NCBI GenBank assembly: GCA_002838945.1
Contig: PGXB01000017.1
Span: forward strand, 1,185-65,184
Source of the DNA: a candidate division Zixibacteria bacterium HGW-Zixibacteria-1
GTDB lineage: Bacteria > Zixibacteria > MSB-5A5 > GN15 > PGXB01
Direction of reading: 5' to 3'
Length of the DNA stretch: 64,000 nt
A program made the translations under genes and the position numbers. Under the pieces are notes generated by a model that did not search any database, was not told the DNA's origin, and was given only the letters and a program-made list of their open reading frames with translations. Below, one piece after another: positions 9,413-19,062 of this stretch. Within the stretch, counting starts at the first letter, position 1; each line of letters opens with the position of its first letter.

Positions 9413-10492
9413 ATGTATTTTGCGCTGCCAAAAGAATATCGCGAGGCCACTGGCAATGACCTCAGGGAACGGATAATAGCCGCCAAAGAAAGACTTGGAA
9501 AAAGGGCCATTATTCTGACTCATCATTATCAGCGGGTCGAAGTAGTCGAATTCGGTGATGCTATCGGCGATTCCTACGCTTTGTCCCAAATTGCGGCCTC
9601 CCAGGATGATGTCGAGTATATCATATTTTGCGGCGTGCATTTCATGGCCGAAGCGGCTTATGTTCTGGCCAAAAAAGGCCAGAAGGTTTTTTTACCCAAT
9701 CCGCTGGCTGGGTGCCCGATGGCCGACATGGCAGAAATGGCCGATGTCATGGAAGCCTGGAAAACGCTGGAGCATTTCGGCGGAAATGAGCGGATTATGC
9801 CTATTTCTTATATGAATTCCGCGGCCGGTTTAAAAGCCTTTGTCGGCGAACACGGCGGTCTTATTTGTACCTCCTCCAATGCCGACGCCGCCTATAAATG
9901 GGGTTTTGAACGGCGAGAGAAGCTCTTTTTCTTTCCCGATCAGCATCTCGGATACAATACCGGTATAAAATACGGCCTGAAGCCGGAGGAGATGGTCATC
10001 TGGGATTTCTCACGCGAAGAGGGCGGCATGACCAAAGAACAGCTTGATAATGCCCGGGTGATTCTCTGGAAGGGTCACTGTCATGTTCATACCAATTTCA
10101 AAGAAGAGCATGTTCATGAAGTGAGGCAGCAATATCCCGGTGTAAAAATAGTCGTCCATCCGGAATGCCCCCACGAGGTGGTCAGACTGGCCGATGCGGT
10201 CGGTTCCACCAGTTTTATTGTCAACTTTGTCAGGAAGCAGCCGGCCGGAACGCCGATTGCAATCGGAACCGAAATAAATCTGATTAATCGGCTGGCGCTC
10301 GAAAATCCGGATAAGAAGATTTTTGAGTTGTCCGGCCAGGCCTGTCCGGTCTGCGCCAATATGTACAGGACTACTTTAAATGACCTGGCCTATTGCCTTG
10401 AGAATCTTGATACTATGAAACAGATAAAAGTTCCCGATCGAATCAGGGCCAATACCCTGCTGGCGCTTCAGCGGATGCTCGAAGTTCACTAA
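9413..10492 (+). CDS. nadA: quinolinate synthase
   Basis: ILTHHYQRVEV, CPMADMA and VHPECPHEV motifs. 359 aa. Confidence 0.9.
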   Translation: MYFALPKEYREATGNDLRERIIAAKERLGKRAIILTHHYQRVEVVEFGDAIGDSYALSQIAASQDDVEYIIFCGVHFMAEAAYVLAKKGQKVFLPNPLAGCPMADMAEMADVMEAWKTLEHFGGNERIMPISYMNSAAGLKAFVGEHGGLICTSSNADAAYKWGFERREKLFFFPDQHLGYNTGIKYGLKPEEMVIWDFSREEGGMTKEQLDNARVILWKGHCHVHTNFKEEHVHEVRQQYPGVKIVVHPECPHEVVRLADAVGSTSFIVNFVRKQPAGTPIAIGTEINLINRLALENPDKKIFELSGQACPVCANMYRTTLNDLAYCLENLDTMKQIKVPDRIRANTLLALQRMLEVH

Positions 10493-10546
10493 ATTCCAGT
10501 AATTATCAGGACTCATCTTAAATTAATATTTTGGAGAAATGGCCGG

Positions 10547-11449
10547 TTACATCGGCTCGACTCCGCCCTTTTTTTCCTTACCGGCAAATAGCTGAATTAT
10601 CACAACGCCGCCGACAATCAAGGCGCCGCCTAGCCATTCGGTCAAGGTTGGCATTGAGGCCAGAATCGCAAAAGCGAACAGGGCCGTGAACAGCGGGGTT
10701 GCCTGAGTCACCAGAGCCGCCCGGGAAATATTAATCCGCTTGAGCGCCTCCATGTAAGTGGCCCGGCCCAGCACCGGCAGCAAAATCGCCGCTGCCAGAA
10801 TCAGCCAGACCGTCTTGGTGGGAGGAATATAGATCGACTGCCCGCGGGCAAACAGAATTCCCAATGATATAAATACCATGAAGAGATTACGGTAGAACAA
10901 AAACCGCCCGGTCCCGAGCCGGGTAATATTTTTCTTAATGATAATTTCGGCGGCAGCAAACATGAACGACGATACAACCATCAAAGTCGCCGCGTGGGAG
11001 ATGGCCAGATTGGTCTTGTACTTCAGCACCAAAATTCCGACCAATGCGATCATGCCGCCGATAATTTCGAAAGCGCGCAGTCTTTCACTGAGAAGCAGAT
11101 AAGCCAGCACAACGGTAATAATAACCTCAAAACGCGAAAGAAAGGACACGGTGGCGGGCTCGATCAGCTTAAGCGACATGATAAACAGGTATAAGGCCGA
11201 AGTAAACAGCAGCGCGAGAACAAATATCAATCCGAGAGTCTTTATGTCGATAGAGCGGATTTCTTCGCGGTCCTTCGGTCGAAACCAGACATAATTTGAA
11301 AAAATGAAGCCGAAAGTGAAGAAAAAGATATTGTAAATTTCGACCGTAATATTTTCGACCGCCACCTTGGCCGGGATATTTCCCAGCCCGCAGACAATGG
11401 CGCAGGCCAGCGCATAGAGATCACCGGTGCGATGAGAGGTTAAATTCAT
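10547..11449 (-). CDS. EamA/DMT-family transporter
   Basis: About 10 hydrophobic helices with a duplicated EamA-like layout. I prefer start ATG 11449 (MNLTSH...); the ORF track extends to 11491. Confidence 0.8.
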   Translation of the reverse strand: MNLTSHRTGDLYALACAIVCGLGNIPAKVAVENITVEIYNIFFFTFGFIFSNYVWFRPKDREEIRSIDIKTLGLIFVLALLFTSALYLFIMSLKLIEPATVSFLSRFEVIITVVLAYLLLSERLRAFEIIGGMIALVGILVLKYKTNLAISHAATLMVVSSFMFAAAEIIIKKNITRLGTGRFLFYRNLFMVFISLGILFARGQSIYIPPTKTVWLILAAAILLPVLGRATYMEALKRINISRAALVTQATPLFTALFAFAILASMPTLTEWLGGALIVGGVVIIQLFAGKEKKGGVEPM

Positions 11450-12272
11450 CAGAACCCCAGTCTTGACTCTGTAATAAATGGCAATCTTCAATAATTCTAA
11501 TTACTTCATCCTCTTTCTGAATATTTCTTCCAATATCACCAATAATCTTGGAAACCGCATTTATGGATAATCCCAAGAAAAGTGTAGACCATTCTAATGG
11601 CAACGAAATGAGTTCTTTCGAGTCCTCTGGAGATCTAACAGCATTCACCTGTTCAATTGAGGCAGGATTAGAGTGCGTATGCCACGATGTTACATTATAA
11701 AATGTCTGATAGAACGACTCGTGGAATCCTGCTAGTATTGTTAGTTCTTTTATTTTCAATCGAGTAAAACTCTTTGCATCTAATATTCCATTTTTTTCCT
11801 TTTGTTTAAGCCTGTCAAAATATTTATTGCCAAGGATTTTTTCTTTGTATTCTTTGGATTCATTCTGAAATTCAGAAAGCCGAGGATTCTTGCTTTTTAG
11901 CGCTGACAATCCTTTGATTCTTTCCATTATTGAGTGATAACGAAAATAGAGATGAATAAAGTCCTTCTCATCTTTATCAGAAGTGGAGAAAAATAAATAG
12001 AAAAAATTTATATAACCTTCGAATAATGTTCTGCACAGAATATGCGCCGAGGAAAAGTCAAATATTTGTCTACCAACAAATGTCCGTATGACATCGTCAA
12101 CAGAAACTCCTTTCAGGATTTCTTTTAATGAAAAACCTGTAATTACCTGTCTTGTAAGAAATGAACTTGCTATTTCCTGTTCGCTGGTGCATAATTTCCC
12201 AGTATTTTTTATGGATTCTATGGCTGAGAACCTCAAAATCCTTAAATAATCCTTATACTCGAAAAAAGCCAT
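11421..12272 (-). CDS. hypothetical protein (orphan, AT-rich, soluble, helical-looking)
   Basis: 283-aa ORF between lgt and the EamA gene. I recognise no family and see no TM segment. The sequence is very AT-rich. Confidence 0.6.
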   Translation of the reverse strand: MAFFEYKDYLRILRFSAIESIKNTGKLCTSEQEIASSFLTRQVITGFSLKEILKGVSVDDVIRTFVGRQIFDFSSAHILCRTLFEGYINFFYLFFSTSDKDEKDFIHLYFRYHSIMERIKGLSALKSKNPRLSEFQNESKEYKEKILGNKYFDRLKQKEKNGILDAKSFTRLKIKELTILAGFHESFYQTFYNVTSWHTHSNPASIEQVNAVRSPEDSKELISLPLEWSTLFLGLSINAVSKIIGDIGRNIQKEDEVIRIIEDCHLLQSQDWGSDEFNLSSHR

Positions 12273-12286
12273 GATCTATTGCCAAA

Positions 12287-13075
12287 TTATTTTTTAGGCC
12301 GAAATATATATATCCCCAGCCCAAGCAGGAACAGCCCGATTGATATCAGGTGATTGTAAGTCGGCTGCATCCCCAGAATATTCACATGCATTTCGGATTC
12401 ATAATAGCGGACGTATTCGATACCGTAGCGAAAAACGGCCTCGATCATGAACATCAGCGCTATCACCTGGCCGACAAACTGCCGATTCTTGAGCCGCCAG
12501 TGTAGAAATATAAACAGCAGCAACCCGTACAATGAACTGTATAACTGCGCCGGATGAAGATGTTGCGTACCGAAAATATACCATGGTATCGAATGTTCCT
12601 GGAAAACCACTCCCCATGGTAATTCGGTCGGCGTCCCGAAACAGCATCCGTTCAGGTAACAGCCGATTCTCGTTATGGCCAGCCCCAAACCGATGGTCGG
12701 GGCAAAAATATCGAAGGTATCCAGCACCGACATTTTCTTGATCCGCAGGTATATATAAGATCCCAGAACGGCCAGGATGACGCCTCCGTACATATTCAAT
12801 CCGGCGATGCCGATGCGATCCGAGTGAAACGGATTAAAAGAATTGGTCCAACTGCCGCTGAATTCATCGAGATGAAACAGCACATATGACAATCTGGCGC
12901 CAATGATTCCGGCAAAAACCATAATGTATGCCAAAGTCAAATAAACACCGAAATCCTTTTTCTCTCTACTGGCCATCCGGCTGACATAGTACACACCCAG
13001 TAAAAACGAGATTGCCAGCATAACTCCGTACGACCGTATGGCAAAAGCGCCAATCTTAAATAACTCGGGATACAT
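12287..13075 (-). CDS. lgt: prolipoprotein diacylglyceryl transferase
   Basis: N-terminus is MYPELFKIGAFAIRSYGVMLAISFLLG, followed by GARLSYV and RIGCYLNGCCFG motifs. Confidence 0.9.
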   Translation of the reverse strand: MYPELFKIGAFAIRSYGVMLAISFLLGVYYVSRMASREKKDFGVYLTLAYIMVFAGIIGARLSYVLFHLDEFSGSWTNSFNPFHSDRIGIAGLNMYGGVILAVLGSYIYLRIKKMSVLDTFDIFAPTIGLGLAITRIGCYLNGCCFGTPTELPWGVVFQEHSIPWYIFGTQHLHPAQLYSSLYGLLLFIFLHWRLKNRQFVGQVIALMFMIEAVFRYGIEYVRYYESEMHVNILGMQPTYNHLISIGLFLLGLGIYIFRPKK

Positions 13076-13970
13076 AGCTTACTTTCTTCTTATTTTTTTT
13101 CGCGATAGAGTCTTTATCTGCATCAACTATTAAATATCTTTCGGTGACAAACACCGCCGCCAGGGCAATCAAACCGCCCACCACCACATCGGAGACATAA
13201 TGGTATCTTCCGTAAAATGTCCCCAGGGCCAGTCCGGTCACTACCGGAATGAGAAGTATACCTGCTTTTTTAAAATATTTCAAACAGAAAATCATGATAA
13301 CCAGTGCCACGCCAAAGTGCGTCGACGGCATGCAGCCGCCGTGAACCGCACCGCGCTGCGCCAGCTCGACCAAAGGGCGAAATATCGGCCCGGTAATTTC
13401 ATTCATGTATTGTCCTGCAAAATGATAACGAGGCCCTTCGATAGGATACAGGAAAAAAAGCGGGAACGACGTGAAAAAAGTCAGGCATACGGCCGTTATC
13501 GAGACTTTGATAAGATGATATTTTTTCATAAAAAACAGGGTGAGGAAATAAACATATATCATCGGATAAAAAGTGAAATACAGCAGACTGAGGACCTCGG
13601 TCACCCAGACATTGTTGAGATTGGTATCGAGCCATTTCGTGGGATTGATCCCGAAGATCGAATGCTCGAAGGCGGTCAATTGATAATCGAAAAAATGATT
13701 GAATATCAGTCTCATCAATCCGCCGGTTTGCTCATAGAAAACGAGAAACAGCATCGAGGGATAAAGCAGCCTGAAAAAAAGCGCCGTTCGGCTTTGCTCG
13801 CCATGAAGATAATGAATGATGGCCAGCGCCAGAACTATGATCGCGATATTGATGGCTATCTCATCGAGATAACCGGCCAGGGGCCGCCCGAAAAAGAGAA
13901 TGATCAGAGATAGAAAAACCGGATAACCGATCACGAGCCAATCGGACGGGTAAAAATCCTTTCTACTCAT
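13056..13970 (-). CDS. PAP2-superfamily membrane phosphatase/phosphotransferase
   Basis: PSTHFG and GRYHYVSDVVVG (PAP2 C2/C3 motifs). Multi-pass membrane protein. Confidence 0.75.
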   Translation of the reverse strand: MSRKDFYPSDWLVIGYPVFLSLIILFFGRPLAGYLDEIAINIAIIVLALAIIHYLHGEQSRTALFFRLLYPSMLFLVFYEQTGGLMRLIFNHFFDYQLTAFEHSIFGINPTKWLDTNLNNVWVTEVLSLLYFTFYPMIYVYFLTLFFMKKYHLIKVSITAVCLTFFTSFPLFFLYPIEGPRYHFAGQYMNEITGPIFRPLVELAQRGAVHGGCMPSTHFGVALVIMIFCLKYFKKAGILLIPVVTGLALGTFYGRYHYVSDVVVGGLIALAAVFVTERYLIVDADKDSIAKKNKKKVSYVSRVI

Positions 13971-14676
13971 CCGACTTCCTTAATTTTCTGCCAAGCCCCT
14001 CGATAACCAGAACCATCTCACCTTTGAGTTTTCGTGAACCGGCCGTCTCAAGGATTTCCGACAATGACCCCCGAATGAATTCTTCATATATTTTGGATAA
14101 TTCCCGCGCAAGACAGGCCTGTCGGTCACCCAGGATTTCGAGCGCATCGGCGACTGTCTTCTCGATGCGGTGCGGTGATTCATAAAAAACAAGCGTGTGT
14201 TCCAGCTCTTTCAATTTTTCCAGCCGATTTCTGCGGGCCGCGCCCTTATTCGGCAGAAAGCCCTCGAAGAAGAATCTATCCAGCGGCAGGCCGGAACCGG
14301 TCAAAGCCGGTATCAGTGCATTGGCACCGGGAAGAGGCGAGATTCTGATATTGTTTTCAATAGCCGCCCTAATAATTCGAAAGGCCGGATCGGACAAGCC
14401 GGGTGAACCGGCATCGGTAATCACGGAGATATTTCCGCCGGAATTCAGAACTTCCAGGAGTTGCGGAAGCCGGCGCTGCTCATTGAAATCATGATAGCTG
14501 ATCAATTTTTTCCTGATGCCGAAATGCGATAGCAGACGTCCGGACAGGCGGGTGTCTTCACAAGCAATCATTTCCGATTGTTCAAGGCATTCCAGCGCAC
14601 GGGGCGTTATGTCGCCCATATTGCCGATCGGCGTCGGCACCAGAAACAGCACACCTTTATTTTCAATCTCCGGCAT
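13963..14676 (-). CDS. rsmI: 16S rRNA (cytidine1402-2'-O)-methyltransferase
   Basis: LFLVPTPIGNMGDITPRALE, CEDTR and VITDAGSPGLSDP motifs. Confidence 0.9.
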   Translation of the reverse strand: MPEIENKGVLFLVPTPIGNMGDITPRALECLEQSEMIACEDTRLSGRLLSHFGIRKKLISYHDFNEQRRLPQLLEVLNSGGNISVITDAGSPGLSDPAFRIIRAAIENNIRISPLPGANALIPALTGSGLPLDRFFFEGFLPNKGAARRNRLEKLKELEHTLVFYESPHRIEKTVADALEILGDRQACLARELSKIYEEFIRGSLSEILETAGSRKLKGEMVLVIEGLGRKLRKSDE

Positions 14677-14680
14677 ATTC

Positions 14681-15490
14681 TTAACTAATCACTATTTTAT
14701 CGGGAATGGACCTCATACCAATATCGGCAATGGCCGGCAAATGTCTTTTGAAATAAAAGCGGTTAATAAGACCGACCGCCCGATCTATAAAAGCATCATC
14801 GAATCCGGCCTCATTAAGTTTCTTTCGCTCTGTAATGCCGTTTTCGAGAATAAGATACAGCAACTGATCGACCCGGGCATATTCCAGCCCGAGTTCGCCC
14901 TCATCGGTCTGGCCGGGCCACAGGTCGGCGGTAGGTATTTTGGTTCGGATTGATTCCGGCACCCCGTAATATGCGGCCATTTGCCTCACCTGCGTCTTAT
15001 ATAGCATCCCGATCGGGTTGACCGAACAGGCCACATCGCCGTACCAGGTTCCATATCCCAGACAGATTTCGGTGCGGTTGGATGTCCCCAGCACCAGGCG
15101 TTTCATTTCGTGGGCCGTGTCAAAGAGTATCGACATCCTCTCGCGGGCCATTTTATTTCCCGAGCGAACCGGATCGACCTCATCAAATTTCTTAAAGTAA
15201 GCATCAATCATTGGAGTTATCGAGACCGTTTTGGTCGGCATTCCCAACCTGGTTGCCAGCATGACAGCATCATCCAGCGATTTGCTCGACGAGCGCGAGT
15301 ACGGCATCAGCAGGCCCAGCACTTTTTCCGGCCCAACCGCCCTGACGGCAATCGAGGCCGACAACGCCGAATCGATTCCGCCGGAAAGTCCGATGACATA
15401 TCCTGTCAGTCCGGACTCGGACAGCTTATCCATAAGAAATCGTTCAAGTGCGGCGGCGGTATCTTTTTCATTCAGATTCAGTAATTCCAT
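14681..15490 (-). CDS. nadE: NH3-dependent NAD+ synthetase
   Basis: VIGLSGGIDSALSA PP-loop. 269 aa. Confidence 0.9.
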   Translation of the reverse strand: MELLNLNEKDTAAALERFLMDKLSESGLTGYVIGLSGGIDSALSASIAVRAVGPEKVLGLLMPYSRSSSKSLDDAVMLATRLGMPTKTVSITPMIDAYFKKFDEVDPVRSGNKMARERMSILFDTAHEMKRLVLGTSNRTEICLGYGTWYGDVACSVNPIGMLYKTQVRQMAAYYGVPESIRTKIPTADLWPGQTDEGELGLEYARVDQLLYLILENGITERKKLNEAGFDDAFIDRAVGLINRFYFKRHLPAIADIGMRSIPDKIVIS

Positions 15491-15575
15491 ATTGTATTCC
15501 TCGTGATTTGTCAGATAATAATACGATTATATCCAGTCAACAAGCAAAAAACATCGGCGACGAGGGACTTGGTGA

Positions 15576-15604
15576 TTGACAGCCGGGGAGAGGTCGATTA
15601 TATT
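15576..15604 (+). promoter_or_regulatory. sigma70-type promoter of ssb
   Basis: TTGACA (15576-15581), 17-nt spacer, TATATT (15599-15604), 40 nt upstream of the ssb ATG. An AGGAAAGG RBS follows. Confidence 0.45.
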
Positions 15605-15644
15605 CCGGGACACATTCTTGAAATCTCATTAGGAAAGGTGTCAT

Positions 15645-16076
15645 ATGGCTGGAGTCAACAAAGCTATTCTTATTGGAAATCTTGGCAAGGACCCGGAGCT
15701 TCGCTATACACCCGGGGGGCAGGCGGTAGCCACGTTTTCACTGGCGACATCCGAGAAATGGCGTGATAAGGACGGCGTCATGCAGGACAAAACCGAATGG
15801 CATAATATTGTTGTTTGGGGGCGTCAGGCGGAGATTGCCAAGGAATATCTGGCCAAGGGAAGATCGGTTTATCTGGAGGGCCGGATTCAAACGCGGTCCT
15901 GGGAAGACAAGGACGGCAATAAACGCTACACGACCGAGATCGTGGCCCAGCGGCTGCAATTTCTCGGCGGCCGCGACCAGGGTGCCGGCGGTAGTCCCGG
16001 TCCGAGTTCCGATACGCCGCCTGAGGCGCCGCCCGAAGCCGATTTGAGTGCCGAGGACGACGATCTGCCGTTCTAA
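15645..16076 (+). CDS. ssb: single-stranded DNA-binding protein
   Basis: N-terminus [25 protein letters not shown], a Gly/Pro-rich linker and an acidic tail ending DDDLPF. Confidence 0.95.
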   Translation: MAGVNKAILIGNLGKDPELRYTPGGQAVATFSLATSEKWRDKDGVMQDKTEWHNIVVWGRQAEIAKEYLAKGRSVYLEGRIQTRSWEDKDGNKRYTTEIVAQRLQFLGGRDQGAGGSPGPSSDTPPEAPPEADLSAEDDDLPF

Positions 16077-16132
16077 GCCGGCCTGTCCGGACACGCATAT
16101 TTATTTGACATCCAGGATTGGTCCGAATATAA

Positions 16133-16163
16133 CCACCCCCGGCATCTGCCGGGGGTGGTTTTT
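16133..16163 (+). terminator. rho-independent terminator of ssb
   Basis: CCACCCCCGG / CCGGGGGTGG stem with a 6-nt loop, followed by TTTTT. Confidence 0.7.
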
Positions 16164-16210
16164 AGACTGCATTGCTCACGAATTCTAAAGATTCAAATTT
16201 GACATAGATA

Positions 16211-16238
16211 TTGACAATGATTGTTTTAGACTATAAAT
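16211..16238 (+). promoter_or_regulatory. possible promoter of the DUF262-HEPN pair
   Basis: TTGACA (16211-16216), then TATAAA/ATAAAT 15-16 nt downstream. It lies between the ssb terminator and ATG 16348. Confidence 0.3.
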
Positions 16239-16347
16239 TTCAATCGGTTGCGTCGGTTAATTGTATGAAAAACATGTTTTGTGTTCAAGTCGGATTTTAA
16301 TATGGCAATCTCATTTTTTAAATAATATCTCACTGGGGGAGAAAAAC

Positions 16348-17499
16348 ATGGCAAAAGAAGATCGGATAATAGAATCAATAAAATCTGAGAATGAGGATTT
16401 CTATACTGATGATTCAATCTTCGATATTAGTTCGTGGGGCGCGGATTTATCATTTCGTGAACTAATCGAACGATATAAAACCGGGGAGCTTGTCAAACCA
16501 GAAATTCAACGAAAATATATTTGGGATAGAATCGAAGCAAGCTATTTCATTGACTCCATTTTGCTTGGCTTACCAATCCCAAGCATCTTTCTAGCGAGAA
16601 CCAAAGATGAAAAGATGTTAATTGTCGATGGCTATCAACGCATAATGACCGTCTATGATTTTGTTGAAAAACGTGTATTTTCTCAAGATGGCAAGGATTT
16701 TAAGCTCTCCATGTCTAAGAAGATTCATGAACGGTGGCGGGGAAAAACATTTGCGGAATTGGATGACGCAGAACAGAGAAGAATTAAAAACACGACCATC
16801 CATTCCATAATTTTTGTTCAATTGAAGCCCAAAGAACCCAAAGTACCTGATAAACGAAACACTAGTATGTTTCAAATTTTTGAAAGAATAAATACGAGTG
16901 GAAGAACTTTATTATCACAAGAAATAAGGAATTGTATTTATCAAGGGTCGCTTAACAGTGCGCTAATCGAACTAAACGAGCATCCAGTATGGCGTAATCT
17001 TTATGGGCTTGAAAACGCAGATTCACGAATGCGAGATATCGAATTTATTTTAAGATATCTGGCAATGAGTTCTCATGATTTTCGAACTGATAGGACTAAA
17101 TCTATATCGCTTAAGAAATTCCTAAATGAATTCATGAACGAATCTCAAAATCCAGATGAGATGGTAATCAGAAATATGAAAGATGACTTTTTGGCAACCA
17201 TTCATTTTGTAGCGGATCTTTTTGGAGAAGAAGCCTTTCGTAATATTTCGAAGATAGATCCAGAAAGATTGGTTCACAAATTTAATCCTACAATATTCGA
17301 CTCTATTATGTTAGCAAGTTCATATGCTAGGGCAAATTTGAAACATTCGGAGATGATCGACTTTAGAGAAAGGCGTCGCGCATTGTTGAAAGATGCGAGT
17401 TATCAGAACGCGATACGAATTAGAACAACGAACATCGATCAAATTAAATTGCGTATATCATTGGCAATGAATTACTTATACGGCATGTCGTATGAATAA
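16348..17499 (+). CDS. DUF262 (ParB-like nuclease superfamily) protein without a recognisable DUF1524/HNH domain
   Basis: KPEIQRKYIW, IVDGYQR and FERINTSGRTLLSQEIRN are DUF262 hallmarks. I prefer start ATG 16348, which follows GGGGGAG; the ORF track starts at 16261. Confidence 0.85.
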   Translation: MAKEDRIIESIKSENEDFYTDDSIFDISSWGADLSFRELIERYKTGELVKPEIQRKYIWDRIEASYFIDSILLGLPIPSIFLARTKDEKMLIVDGYQRIMTVYDFVEKRVFSQDGKDFKLSMSKKIHERWRGKTFAELDDAEQRRIKNTTIHSIIFVQLKPKEPKVPDKRNTSMFQIFERINTSGRTLLSQEIRNCIYQGSLNSALIELNEHPVWRNLYGLENADSRMRDIEFILRYLAMSSHDFRTDRTKSISLKKFLNEFMNESQNPDEMVIRNMKDDFLATIHFVADLFGEEAFRNISKIDPERLVHKFNPTIFDSIMLASSYARANLKHSEMIDFRERRRALLKDASYQNAIRIRTTNIDQIKLRISLAMNYLYGMSYE

Positions 17500-17983
17500 T
17501 CCTTACGCAGATGAAATTCTCATGAAATGCAGGGCCGATTTGGACCAAGCATTGATCAGTATAACTGGCGTCGGTAAGTCAAGTCTTATTGCACCTTTCA
17601 TTACTAAATTCGCTATCATAAGGGCTTGCGGAGCCATTGAAATTGCTTTTAAATCAATAGTAGCGGATTTTTGCTCAAAGGATTCCAACAGTCAAGTGAG
17701 AAACTTTATCTCAAAGAAGATAAAAGAAAAATCCTATAATCCAAGTTATGCAATGATCTGCAATGTAATTAACGATTTTGATAATGATTGGAAAGATAAA
17801 TTTAAGGCGAAAATAGAATCTTTGCCTGATAAAGCTGAACTTTTGATGTCATTACAATCTTTGGTCAATGCGCGAAACGAGTTTGCCCATGGTGGTAACC
17901 CGGGCTCATCAATAGAAGATATATCGAAATATTTTTCGGATAGTCGCCGTATAATTGAAGAACTTGATACTATCATATCTTGA
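17492..17983 (+). CDS. putative HEPN-domain protein (Rx4H motif), partner of the DUF262 gene
   Basis: 163 aa and helical-looking, with NARNEFAHGG (Rx4H) near the C-terminus. Its start overlaps the DUF262 stop by 8 nt (ATGAATAA). Confidence 0.6.
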   Translation: MNNPYADEILMKCRADLDQALISITGVGKSSLIAPFITKFAIIRACGAIEIAFKSIVADFCSKDSNSQVRNFISKKIKEKSYNPSYAMICNVINDFDNDWKDKFKAKIESLPDKAELLMSLQSLVNARNEFAHGGNPGSSIEDISKYFSDSRRIIEELDTIIS

Positions 17984-18027
17984 TTATAAAAGGTCAATTA
18001 TTCTCCTTGACATTAATTTAGGCTGAC

Positions 18028-19044
18028 TTATTCTTCTTCCGACTGCTTTTCCAGCTTGCGGACCCGCTTGAATAATTCCGGCAGTTTGTGAATACACGCT
18101 TCGATGCGGCCCTCTTCCATCAGGTCACGGGCCGGTGAGCCGAGGACTTTCTTGCCCGGTTCGACATTGCCTGCGACACCCGACTGCGCCCCGACCTGCA
18201 CACCATCGCCAAGCTCAATATGACCCACCAATCCAACCTGGCCGGCCAGAATGACCCCTTTGCCGAGTTTGGTTGATCCGGAAATACCGACCTGGGAGAC
18301 AATTATGGAATAATCGCCGATCTCGACATTATGTGCGACCTGCACCAGGTTATCAATCTTGACATGATTACCGATTTTCGTCGGGCCGAGCGCGCCGCGG
18401 TCAACCGAGACATTGGAACCGATCTCGACATCATCGCCAATCTCAACCCAGCCGATCTGCCTGACCTTCTTGATCCCGGTTTCATGCCTTGCAAAGCCGA
18501 AACCATCGGAGCCGATAACGGTGCCGCTATGTATAATAGCATCATCGCCGATAATCGTCTTATCGAGGATATTCACACCGGGATAAATTTTGCAATTATT
18601 ACCGATTATAACCTGCCGGCCGATAAAAACCCTCGGCATAATAAGAGTATTGTCGCCGATCTCGGAATTAGCGCCGACATAGCATAACGCTCCGATGGAG
18701 GAATTGGCCCCGATTTTTACGGACGCTGCCGCCACCGCGGTTGGATGCATGCCCGGCTCGGCGATGGGCTCATCGGGATAAAGCTGATCAAGAATGATGG
18801 CAAAGGCAAGATAAGGGTTTTGATGCTTTATCACCGGAATACCCTCAAAATCGATGTCTAATGATAAAACGACTGCCGAAGCGGCAGTCGTTTCAAGATA
18901 TTTCAGGTATTTCTTATTGGCGACAAAACTAATCTGCCCGGCCATTGCGGATTGAACCGGGGCCGCCGATTCGATAATAACCGAACCGTCGCCGATCAAC
19001 CGGCCGCCGGCCAGTTCTGCCAGCTCTTCAAGTTTTATACCCAC
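18028..19044 (-). CDS. lpxD: UDP-3-O-acylglucosamine N-acyltransferase
   Basis: Long run of hexapeptide repeats (IGDN, IGSN, IGDD and similar) after an LpxD-type N-terminal domain. 338 aa. Confidence 0.92.
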   Translation of the reverse strand: MGIKLEELAELAGGRLIGDGSVIIESAAPVQSAMAGQISFVANKKYLKYLETTAASAVVLSLDIDFEGIPVIKHQNPYLAFAIILDQLYPDEPIAEPGMHPTAVAAASVKIGANSSIGALCYVGANSEIGDNTLIMPRVFIGRQVIIGNNCKIYPGVNILDKTIIGDDAIIHSGTVIGSDGFGFARHETGIKKVRQIGWVEIGDDVEIGSNVSVDRGALGPTKIGNHVKIDNLVQVAHNVEIGDYSIIVSQVGISGSTKLGKGVILAGQVGLVGHIELGDGVQVGAQSGVAGNVEPGKKVLGSPARDLMEEGRIEACIHKLPELFKRVRKLEKQSEEE

Positions 19045-19062
19045 AACACATATACCAAATTT

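Noticed and set aside
16160-16232. A 9-nt direct repeat TTTTAGACT (16160-16168 and 16224-16232), considered as a possible att-like boundary of the DUF262-HEPN islet.
   Set aside because: Both copies lie on the same (left) side of the islet, and the first is simply the terminator T-tract. No matching repeat is present at the right boundary (17984-18027).
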